NCBI GenBank assembly: GCA_951406725.2
Contig: OX597828.1
Span: 6,262,001-6,326,000 of the forward strand
Reading direction: 5' to 3'
From: Octopus vulgaris
Taxonomy: Eukaryota
DNA: 64,000 bases
The notes under the pieces were generated by a model. It searched no databases. It was not told the origin of the DNA and was given only the letters and a program-made list of their open reading frames with translations. Below are positions 29,250 to 41,017 of the stretch, in pieces. Position numbers and translations under genes: made by a program. Within the stretch, counting starts at the first letter, position 1. Every line of letters starts with the position of its first letter.

Positions 29250-29806
29250 TTGGGTTGTCCGGAAAGTAGCTTACCTTTCGACTTATTTTAGAACATGATT
29301 GAGTCCATAAAATAGGATTTGACTACACCTCTATTTAGAGCACAATTTCAGCTATCTTTTCGTGGAAGAAGGTTTATGTTCCTATAATCTGTGTTACTTC
29401 TGTAACGCTTTAAAATGGAAGATGAGAAAGATTATTTTCGGCACTTGATGCTTTTATTTTTCCGTAAAGGGAAAAATGACTCACAAGCACCCAAAGAAAT
29501 ATGCGCAGTTTACGGTGATGTTTCTTTATCCGAAAGAACTGTACGGAAGTGGTTCGCAAGGTTCCGATCTGGAGATTGTAGCCTTAATGATAAAGAGTGA
29601 TCAGGCCGACCATCCACTACAGATGACGACCAAATCAAGTCATTAATTGAGAATAACCCATGTTGCACAACCCGAGAATTGGCAGAAAGCCTCGACCTAT
29701 CAAAATCTGTCGTTCATGATCACCTAGTAAACCTTGGGTAATGGCAAGTATTTATTGACCTTTTTCTTTCCTTTAAAGATCGGCACGAACTATGCGGACA
29801 GCCCAA
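29250..29806 (+). mobile_element. Internally deleted mariner (TIRs plus N-terminal DNA-binding region only)
   Basis: TA-ttgggttgtccgg / gcggacagcccaa TIRs; ORF 29415-29600 FRHLML..EICAVYG..TVRKWFARFRSG, then SGRP...HDHLVNLG; catalytic domain absent. Confidence 0.9.
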
Positions 29807-30314
29807 TGCTTATCACCAGGTAATTTGCTGATTAGTGAATACCGCCCGAGTTAATGGCTTTGTACTTAATACTTCCTTCACCAGGATTGCTTATAAGTAA
29901 GGCAAAATAAAAAGATGAGTTAGTATTTTAATAAAATTAAGATTGTTTCCAAAGTTGTGAACGTGACCAAAATATGGCAAACAAACAAGTCCTATATGAA
30001 AGCAAAAACTATTTTCTTTACTCATTAATAATGAGTGAGTTTCTGAAACTCCTCTACTAATATTTGTTGCGAGTTAGCAGCTGAGAGTCGTCAGAAGAGA
30101 ACAACTGGTCTGGACTCAATACTCCCCAGCAGATATTCCTTTGCGTTAAATGTAAGCCAGAATATGTGGATTGTTTGTCTGACACTAGGACGTAGGAAGC
30201 ATTATTGTGAAATTTCTCTCGTTACTATTATATCATTATCTATCCATGTTTCATATAAATCCCCAGAGCGCTGTGCTATCTCACTATACTTTGGGACGTT
30301 TTGACAGATAAAGA

Positions 30315-30353
<39 letters not shown>

Positions 30354-30470
30354 GCTACTGCTGCTGCTGCTACTACTACTACTACTAATAATAATAATAA
30401 TAATAATGATAATATTAATAAGAAAAAGAAGACGAAGAAGAAGAAGAAGAAGAAGAATGATGATGATATG

Positions 30471-30562
<92 letters not shown>

Positions 30563-30566
30563 GATG

Positions 30567-30627
<61 letters not shown>

Positions 30628-30903
30628 TGATAATAATGATACTAATAATATTGTCGTTGCAGTTGTTTTACAGTTGTGTTGATGTTATTTTTGTTGTTCT
30701 GTTTCCTGCTGCTGGGACATTTTCAGATTTCGAAAGAGCTCACTCGTAAGTTAGCATTGCATGAAATTGAATCAGTTGTAGATGTCATGAATTGTAATCA
30801 ATTCCGGACAGACATGGAGAAAAGTAAAAGAGAGGAAAAGAAGAATATTTATAAGAACATTTTAGGAGGAAGACGAGCAGGAAAACAGAATAATAATAAT
30901 GAT

Positions 30904-30953
<50 letters not shown>

Positions 30954-31150
30954 CAACAACAACAATAATAATAATAATAATAATATTAATAATAATAATA
31001 ATAATGAAGAAATTGAAGAAGAAAAAGAAGAAGAACGACAACACAAACAAGAAGAAGAAGAAGAAGAAGAAGAAGAAGAAGAAGAAGAAGAAGAAGAAGA
31101 AGAAGAAGAAGAAGAAGAAGAAGAAGAAGAAGAAGAAAGAGAAGAAGAAG
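30315..31150. repeat. Compound trinucleotide arrays (CTA, GAA, ATA, GAA)
   Basis: Direct. Confidence 0.95.
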
Positions 31151-31584
31151 ACAGCGACAACGGAAGAACGTGAAACATGTAGCAATCTCTGTTATGTTTC
31201 TGACTGAGATAAAATATTTCTAATTGAGATACAATACTTACTAGACTGTGATTATTGCTGCCACATCGTTTATGATTGTAAGTGCTGTTAAGTTGATGTC
31301 ATAACTCTATTGGGATTTAAATCAGTGCCAGTATATATATATACGTATATACAGTATTTACTAGAGGATAATTATTAGCACACAGGGTCATACACACGTT
31401 CAACCATCAATACATGCATATATATGTATTTGTGAGTGTGCGTGTAGTGTATGTGTGTATGTTTGTCTATGTATGTGCAATATATATATATATAATTATA
31501 TATATATTATGTATATATATATATTATATATATTATATATATATATTATATATATAATTATATATAATATATATATATAATTAT

Positions 31585-31630
<46 letters not shown>

Positions 31631-31884
31631 CATGGTATATACCGTTAGAAACAAGGTAGAGTATAGAGCTCGTCGACCTAATAGAGACAACACTCGCATA
31701 CCGCCAGAGGACCTCATTATGCAAACAAACAGTTGCATAATCAAGTACCTGTATTCTTGGAGAACTACGCTGCCTCGAAACAGGAGTAGCGATTAAAAAT
31801 CAACTGTTCAGCCGTACTCCTTATTGTTACTCCGATTTCTTCCATTTGATATATATATATATACGGTTTTGGATTCATCCAGCT

Positions 31885-31955
31885 ATGTGTTCTCTCCTAT
31901 AGCCCGAGGTCGACCTAAACCCTGTGAGTGGCAGTGAAAGAAGTCCGTCGTATGT
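31885..31955 (+). mobile_element. SINE family A internal fragment
   Basis: ctatagcccgaggtcgacc..tgtgagtgg..gaaagaagtccgtcgta. Confidence 0.6.
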
Positions 31956-32725
31956 GTGTGTTTATAACGATTGTATGAGTAATAGACTTAAATCAATAAG
32001 ACCTGGGATCGAACGAACGGATCCCAGTACTTTAGTACACTAGATAACAGCCAGCATTGTCGTTATCTAATGCCAGACTCAAGAAAAAGACAAAATGTTA
32101 TATACACACACATATACAGACGCACACGCCACACAAACACTCACGCACACACATATACACGCGCGCACACACATATTTATTAATAAATTTAATGTATATA
32201 TATATATATATAAATAATCAAGTTCTTTATTTCAAACCAAACTATTTAACATCGACGTCAAATTTGGTCAAAATCCGCTGAAATTATATTATATATATGT
32301 ATGTGTATATATAAATATACATATTTATACATATATGGGCAACACACACATACACACACGTACGTACGTACACCTATTGCATACATGTTTTTTGAACGCA
32401 TACATGTTCGTGTGTGTGTGCGCGCACGCGCGTGTGTGGCCCGTATATGAACAAAACATTTTTCCTCGATGGAAAAAAACAACAAAAGTCTTAACAAATA
32501 CTTACTCGTCGCTAGAAGGGGACTTAACTCCTGTTTGTAAGCGATGGTGATTTCTCTGACTTGAAAATTGTTAAAAGTTTTGGTTGAAAATTAATTTTTA
32601 CTGCTATTCGCTGGTGCCTCTGGAAAAAATAATTTAACGAAAATACAGCCAGGCTCATGAAGAACGTCCTCTTAAAATTGGAGCGACATGCGTGCTAATT
32701 TGTGGACGTGCATAAATTACATTCA

Positions 32726-32782
<57 letters not shown>

Positions 32783-33409
32783 AGACACACATGCACACAA
32801 ACATCCTGCTTTTTATATATACAGATACACCTATTATGTCGCAACAAAATCAGCACTGGCTTTAATTTCTCAGTTAAACGTAGGAAGTGATATATATTTT
32901 CACTATCACAGAAATATATGCATGCTCCACGTATATTAGAATTTGAATTGAAAGAAATCTTTGTGCTTTTGATATGTATTTGTACTATATTTCTATCTTC
33001 TACTAATTGCGAAGTACGGAGATTTACTTATCTGTGTGTGTTAACGATTTGCTAATACACTTTGGAATTTGTCCACAAAGGATCAGGATTAACTTTAATC
33101 CACCTACCGATGTCCGCGTTTCCGGCTCGCCAACACAGCTGCATTTATAAAGTCATGACATAGCGGAGTATCTTATAATACATACAAGACTATACAAACG
33201 ACATTTACAGACAAAGAAGAAAAAAACGAAAAAGCACAAAAGAGGAAATGAGTATGTAAGCTGGTGTATATATATGTAAGAATATACGCGCATGTTGTAA
33301 TATAGACGCACAAATATTCGTATAAAAACATACATATTCTCAGTACAAACACACACACACACGCACACACACATATATGTATACATATATATATATATAT
33401 ATATATATA

Positions 33410-33956
33410 TCACCTTGACCACCTTAACCGACCAGTCCGTCAGGCGTCCATTTGACACCGCTGGTCACAGCACGCTGTCCACTCCTCTCTGGATCGCGCC
33501 TTTCTCATCCACGTGATCCCAATCCTCCTAAAATCGTAATTCCACCGTCGTGGAGGTCTTCCGGGTAGTCTTTTCCACTCGCGCGGGTACCACTCGACAA
33601 CTGCGTGGGTCCACCGATTATCGGTGAGCCGGGCGACGTGTCCAACCCATCTATACTTGCTGCGTGTATACTCTGCGATGACATCTCTCACGCCAGACTT
33701 CTTTCTAATGATCTCGCTACTGATGTGCTATCTCAACGAGATACCAAGCATTGACCTTTCCACCGCTCATTGAGCCGTTACCAGTCTCTGTTCTTCTCTC
33801 TTTGTGGTAGCCCATGTTTCACTACCATATAACATTGTAGAACAATCTCCCTAAAACTTTTCACTACATGTCTCGAACAGATCATCAGAGGCATCGACTG
33901 GCAAGGCGGTGTCAACATCAATGGCGAGCTCCTCACCCACTTCCGTTTCGCTGACG

Positions 33957-33958
<2 letters not shown>
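33410..33958 (-). mobile_element. RTE LINE 3' end with an inverted 5' RT segment, inserted in (TA)n
   Basis: Minus 33440-33838: RWVGHVARLTDNRW..GRPPRRW; plus 33840-33958: TISLKLFTTCLE..NINGELLTHFRFADDI. Confidence 0.88.
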
Positions 33959-34002
<44 letters not shown>

Positions 34003-34395
34003 CCGAACAAAAAATGTATGCACACTTTAGAAAGGTAACAAAGTTTGTAAATATTTTAATTCAGAGTTACCGCAATTTGATAAACCACCGAAAATGGTAT
34101 CTATAATTATTGAGGTACTTATACAACTTAAATATGTATACAGATTTTTCCTTTTCTGAAGTGAGTATACATTTTTATACATATATGATTTTGTATGGAT
34201 TTGAGAAAACATATTTCAACGTATGGAATGGATAAAAACTGGCAGCACTAGAATAGAAACGACAGAGATAAAATTAGTTTTGAATCGATGATGCCCAAAA
34301 AGAGTTCGTGGTGGCAGCAGTTTGGTAAGCTCAGGTTTGTTGACTGGTAAGGATGCCCAACTACTCATACATGAAAATCTACCACAATATAAACC

Positions 34396-34434
34396 TCACA
34401 AATTAAACCAGCTGCAGGCTGGTTTAATTTGTGA
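34396..34434. repeat. Perfect 17-bp inverted repeat with 5-nt loop
   Basis: tcacaaattaaaccagc-tgcag-gctggtttaatttgtga. Confidence 0.9.
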
Positions 34435-34899
34435 CAATCATATTTTAAGCACATAATTCTTTTCAGTATTCGAATGACAGTTTGTCAAATCAAATAATTT
34501 TCGTTTTCTCTTGGTCCTTCACGGTTCAAAGTAGTCTTTGTATTTCATTTAGTTCCCAGAAAACTTGAAGAAACATTACTAATAAATGTGCGGTTATTTG
34601 TGCATTATACTTAGGTCTTTGAATGTGCATATATACAGCCGTCTTATAGGTCAATCAAACGAGCTCAGGTACACATACATGTGCGTATACATACATATAT
34701 ACATGCATGATGGTTATCTACTGCTTATGCAGAGTCTGACCACCTCTTGTACCTACACTTCAGATCCATCATGGCGTCTTATGTGGTTTTCTAAACAAAA
34801 CAATGTTTTGAAAAAAACAACCGCATAGATTGAATATCCGATTTGAACCACCAAGAGATGCAGTGAAGTTATGAAATTTTGTGGATCTTAAAATGTCTT

Positions 34900-35445
34900 T
34901 TGAGGCCTGCCTTTAGATTTTCAGACCTTAGGCAGAATGGTTGGTGAAGGTTCATTCTTCATGGGTTCGCATGTGCACATAAAAAGGTCACTGAAATTCA
35001 CCTTCACGATCGCAACATTCTTCAAATTTCTCTTGGATCTTGCATGTGTTATCCTAGCCTCCTCAAATGCTTTGACTCCACTCCACACTTTTGTTTGCCA
35101 TACAGCTCGATCCGAATCAAATGATTCTATGGCATTTGGATCCATTCCAAGTGACTTCATGGTAGTCCTTACCCTTCATTCAACCTCTCTATAGGTTTAC
35201 ACAGATTACGTTTCCCCTGTGCAAGTTCGTCTTAAAACAGCTCTTTGGACGTGCGTTTCAAACGCACCAGACCATCTCATTTGGTTTTTCAGAATAATTG
35301 ATTTAATTGAAGCGATGCCTGCAGACACAAAGGCATCTGTGACCGGAGTAAAGAAAGCCCCCATTTAATGTTTAAAATGCAGTGAAGGCTTTTTTGGTGG
35401 AATTGTTCTAACAATTTGAAATGTCTTTCAGAACACGTCAAAGTT
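34900..35445 (-). mobile_element. RTE (BovB-like) LINE 3' fragment
   Basis: LEQFHQKSLHCILNIKW, ELAQGKR and DRAVWQTKVWSGVKAFE are typical RTE ORF2 C-terminal sequences. Confidence 0.75.
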
Positions 35446-35619
35446 TCAGAAGAATACAACAGGAATGGTAAGACAAACGATTTCTAAAAGCCAATTTTGC
35501 TTCGTTATTACTATGTTGTTGACGGCAAACACGTGACTCCAAAGATCATACATACATACATACATACATACACATATACATGCATACATACAAATATGCA
35601 TACATACATGCATATATAC

Positions 35620-35663
<44 letters not shown>

Positions 35664-35700
35664 GCATACATATACATACATATATATATGTGTGTGTATT

Positions 35701-35752
<52 letters not shown>

Positions 35753-35831
35753 TGTATGTTTGTATGTATGGTCTTTGGAGTCACGCGTTTGGCATCAACG
35801 ACATATAAATAACGAAACAAAATTGCCTCTG

Positions 35832-35862
<31 letters not shown>

Positions 35863-35963
35863 AACCATTGCAGGAAAGATTAATACAAAGTATATAATTT
35901 TATTCCTTCTACATAAAATACATTATTATATCAAGTGCTATTGATATAACTAATGCCTCACGC

Positions 35964-36063
35964 TGTAATGGGATTCTAAAGTCAAACTACTTCAATAAAT
36001 ATACTCAGGCAACGGTGCCTGTGTATATTTATTGAAATAGTTTGACTTTAGAGTCCCATTACA
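35964..36063. repeat. 48-bp-arm hairpin (45/48 matched), MITE-like
   Basis: tgtaatggga..caggca-acgg-tgcctg..tcccattaca. Confidence 0.85.
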
Positions 36064-36082
36064 TGGTTAGGTGTTACTCATA

Positions 36083-36362
36083 GTCGTCGTAGCACTCCAT
36101 TGGTTATGATGACAAGGTTCCAGTTAATCCGATCAATGGAACAGCCTGCTCGTGAAATTAACGTACAATTAGTGGAGCACACCAAAGACACGTGTACCAT
36201 TTACGTAGTTCTCGGGGACATTCAGCGTGATACGGTGTGAGACAAGGCTGGCCCATTGAAATACAGATACAACAGAAACAGGAAGAAAGAGTGAGAGAAA
36301 GAGTATTGCAGGGTCCGCCACCACCCCTGTCGGAGCCTCGTGAACCTTCAGGTGTTCTCGCT

Positions 36363-36365
<3 letters not shown>
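36083..36365 (-). mobile_element. SINE family D, head lost, abutting (TA)n
   Basis: Recognised as a common octopus-type interspersed repeat (ggaacagcctgctcgtgaaattaacgt..gacacgtgtacc..); single copy in this window. Confidence 0.6.
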
Positions 36366-36441
<76 letters not shown>

Positions 36442-37265
36442 CATAAATATATATGCATTTATATATACATATATAGATCACAACAGTTTGATGTATGGAT
36501 GGATGGATGGACATTGCATACGTGCACGTACACACACATGCACATACGTATATCTTCGTGGTCATCTTGTTTTAATCACTGGATGTTTGATTGATAACTA
36601 CCTTTAAGTGTCGTAGTATTTTTTCTGCTCTTATATCACACCGAACCCCTTTAAAAACACAATAACGTATAAATCAACCATAAGTAAAAAGCGAGATAAG
36701 ACTAGTTTCAGGACGACCTCCTGCACCTGCGTAACAAATCATTTCACCTCCATAGTTTACAGGAATTTCTGCAAAGGTAATATACTTTCTAACACAGTTC
36801 GTTTACATAGCTACATACATTTTACAAAATTAAGGCAATTGTAATCGTCGAAACACTGAATTGTCTCTTCTGCCTGATCAGTATTTGAGTAACTGTGATT
36901 CACGCTTGTGTGGTTGAAAAATTATGGGTACGCTGAGTTTTACGTCGTTATGGAGTATATGGCCAACGTTTACAGAAAAAAATACTACGTTAATTTCAAT
37001 GTACATTCGGTTAAAAGAAATGTAGGAAAAGTTTCATGATTGCTTGATTTATCTGGTCCAGCAATTGGCAATATGCTTCCATAAGAAAAAATTCACTACA
37101 ACACACTTTCCTGGTAATAATGAGTATTCAAGAGAAGCTTTAAATATTTATAACTGATGATTTCTAAGCCCAATATTCGTTAACACTATTACAGGGATTT
37201 GCAGACACAGTATAACAGATTTTATTTCTGAGATACTATTTGTCTGTGCACTAGTGATGACGGGC

Positions 37266-37347
<82 letters not shown>

Positions 37348-37388
37348 CTATCTCCCTCTCTCCCTCTCAATATATATATATATATATG

Positions 37389-37488
<100 letters not shown>

Positions 37489-37498
37489 CAATAATAAA

Positions 37499-38032
37499 GG
37501 CCCCGATGCAGTACCAGGCAGTACTAATTGGAAGTGGTATCATGTACATTGTTTTGTGTAGGTATAAAAGATGGGCTACAGCAAATATTCTGCTCAATAC
37601 CACAGATTTGCATGTAAGTTGTTTGACCTTAACCAGTTCCGCATGTCCCTTAGTAGCTGACGATATGTGCATCTCTGATCATGAGCAGAAGTAGTGGGGG
37701 GAGCATCATAGCCGTGTGTTGAGAGGGATTCTTTGGAGTTTCAACAATTCACCTTTGGAAACAGCATCCTTAAACAACCTTTATTCAGGGATCTTTTGGG
37801 CGGGATGGGCTACTCGACCAGAAGAAAATTCTTACTGGGCTCCACCTGCAAGGTCATGCTCTGTTTATCTTGATATGAGATCATCATGTTGCGTACATAT
37901 GGTTGTGATGCATGTGCCTAGTGTACCCTTATCAGACGGGTAGTCATGATTGGTATACTGGGCTTCGATTATTTTAACCCCGTGTCACTTTGATGGAATG
38001 CACTGCACTCTCACTCGATAATAATTATAAAA
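37499..38032 (+). mobile_element. Interspersed repeat family E flanked by (TAA)n
   Basis: 3' part is the reverse complement of 59330-59478; ends in ataataat. Confidence 0.75.
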
Positions 38033-38124
38033 CGAATGGTTTATGTCTGGTAAAGCAAGGTCACTTTCTCAGTGTTCTTATGTACATGGTAAATGAAAGA
38101 CGGACGATGGAAGATACAAATATA

Positions 38125-38465
38125 TTTAATAGTCACGACAATTGTTTCGACAGATCTCGCATCGATCCCTCACGATTGGGATACTTATGCAGGAGCATCC
38201 AGCGGTGCAAATGCGTCTCTCCGATTTGTTTTTGCATCTGTTATTTTATTTTTGATCTTCTCTATAAATGAAAGTATATCCTTTGTTTTGCTGTTTTCTT
38301 TACATGAAATAGAAACATACATTGCGAAACTGTTATGTAATGAATTATATCCATTTATCACCGGAAGAGACACATCGGCACTGGCTGATGTTCCTGGACC
38401 CGTTGCTAAGAACCCCACATCTGGATCGATGCCAGAAGTGGCGAAGGGATTGTCATGATTAGTAA
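38125..38465. mobile_element. Head-to-head pair of hammerhead-family copies (homologous to 10310-10540)
   Basis: 38128-38225 on minus (GAAACAAUUGUC); 38226-38465 on plus matches the reverse complement of 10310-10540. Confidence 0.75.
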
Positions 38466-38554
38466 ACATACTTATATATACATATATATATATATTATTT
38501 TTATAATTATGAGTATAATTATAATTAGGGTTCAGAAAAAAATGTTTGTCGGCA

Positions 38555-38630
38555 GGCAATTTAGCTGAATGGTAAAACACTCAGCCGACGTTTTTGAGGG
38601 ATATGATTTCGAGTCCCATGGCTGGTTGTT
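38555..38630 (+). mobile_element. tRNA-like SINE head
   Basis: TAGCTGAATGGTAA A-box-like; GATTTCGAGTCCC B-box-like. Confidence 0.5.
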
Positions 38631-38811
38631 CACAAATTTTTTCGCTTTGTAAGGTTAAAGTATCCAGTATTTTTGCTGATCCAACGGCAACTCTGCGTTG
38701 GAAAGAGTATCTACTTCTAATTTGTATCGTACAATACACATTTTGACGTTTCTAATACAAACAAATAGTTGCTTATTTACATTTATACACACACATGGTT
38801 GAATATATATA

Positions 38812-38858
<47 letters not shown>

Positions 38859-38929
38859 TAGTGAGTGCCGAACACAAACACGATGACACACACACATAAT
38901 ATATATATATATATATATTACACAAATAT

Positions 38930-39096
38930 GTCGGGCTTCTTTTAGTTTCCCACTACCAAATCCACTTGCAACAAGGCTTTGGTCGGCCCAAGGCTATAGA
39001 AGAAGACACTTACCCAAGGTGCCATGCAGTGGGACTGAACCCAGAACCTTTTGGTTGGGAAGAATGCTTTTTACCGCACACACACACCTGCGCCTA
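38930..39096 (-). mobile_element. SINE family A 5' half
   Basis: Matches 18050-18207. Confidence 0.85.
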
Positions 39097-40279
39097 TATA
39101 CACGTATGTATGTGTGTATGTGTATAAAAATCAGTATATTTGCTATTGTGACTTCAATGCTTTCAATCAATAATTTGGTGCTATGCCTACATACAGTGAC
39201 ATGCACAGACTTACTCAATCATAGACTTACGCATACATAGACACGCACATGTGTATATGATAAACACATAGGCATACACAAACATCCGTATACAAACATC
39301 ACGATATTAATACATCGACAAATGTATATTAATATACAGATTTTAACATAGAAATATCAGCCTACAAAATCACGCATTATATATAAAAGAATGTTCCTGT
39401 ACAACTAGACCAAAAACTTAAATCTAATACATTTTATTTACATATTCCTATTTGCACCTGTGATCACCATGCTATGATTCAGCGTTGGTACACTCGTGGA
39501 TGCAAGTCCATAAGAATATAAACTAAATTCCTACTTGAAGCTATCGTTTATAAAACTTAATAAGCGTATGTTAAAAAATAGTTGACATAATTGAATGACT
39601 AACAATGCGCGTGTGTGTATGTGTATGTGAAATTCTTTTCGATGGACATTACGTCTAGCTACAATGAACGGGAAACTCGACAGCTGAGTGACATGTGTTC
39701 CCATAGGTCGATGGCTGGCTTAGTATTATAACAAATCTCATTGGTTCATCGATTCCTGTCTCACCGGTACGAGGTTAATGCAGGCTCGACTGTCAAACAT
39801 TGTCAGACGTTAATATACAATATTATTTAAGTATCAGAGATCGGATGAGGTGGGGATTCCATAAAGGTTGACTTGGGAACTATAGAAATATTCATATTAG
39901 TAATCAAATTGTCAATCATTATAGTTTTAAGGGACTTCTTACATCAAAAGATTGAGTCACTAGCGATCTATCTAAGATGCTCAAGATACTCATTTCTTGT
40001 ATGTTAACCGATATTTTAAAATGAAGAAGTACACACACACACAAACACACATTCACACAAACACACGCCCGAGAACACACACATACACACGTGTGTGCGT
40101 GTGTGTAAGTATGTGCCAGTTTGTATTCATATGTGAGTTCATCATATATATATATGTGTATGTGAGTGCATATATTTGTAGGAATATGTGCTTATATTTT
40201 TATACATTTATACATATATACATATCTATATATATGTGTGTGCGCGCGTGTGTGTGTATGTACAAATGAACATATTCAT

Positions 40280-40335
<56 letters not shown>

Positions 40336-40861
40336 CATACATACATATGTACATGTACGCTCCCACACATGCAACCATATAACGCAGTAAGCTGGAGTGT
40401 ATATGTATGTTTGTTGCATTACTTACAGTTAGATTTAAATATTCCAATCCCACCTCTCCACCCTTTCAATAAGATGTGATATATTTTTCTCCTGTCTGAT
40501 TCCAGAAACGCACGCTATATAACTTATAACGTGAACTAAAAAACTGCTGCAATATCTGAGAAAATTATCTTCTGATTTAACATCTTAAATTCAACCATCA
40601 AATTGCATTTAATTAAAGCAATTTCACTAATTGGATCTGAAATTGTCATGCAATAATTTAATGCCACTTAATTGTTTTATTCAAAAATATATACACCAAT
40701 GTATTGCTCATATTGAGAACACCAAGTGTAGATAAATTAATGTAGCCTAATCATAGACCGTATTATAACTCCCAGTTTTTCCCTCCCTTTGCTTTTTTTG
40801 TATTTCAATTTATTAAAGTGTGTCTCATTTATATCTGCTATGGCTATATTTATGGCTTACG

Positions 40862-41017
40862 TACATACATACATGCATACATACATACATACATACATAC
40901 ATACATAAATACATATATACATACATACATACACACATACATACATACATACATACATACATACATACATACATACATACATACATACATACATACATAC
41001 ATACATACATACATACA
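40862..41017. repeat. (CATA)n tetranucleotide array
   Basis: Direct. Confidence 0.95.

Noticed and set aside
38185-38580. 131-aa complex-looking ORF
   Set aside because: Overlaps the hammerhead repeat family homologous to 10310-10540; incidental
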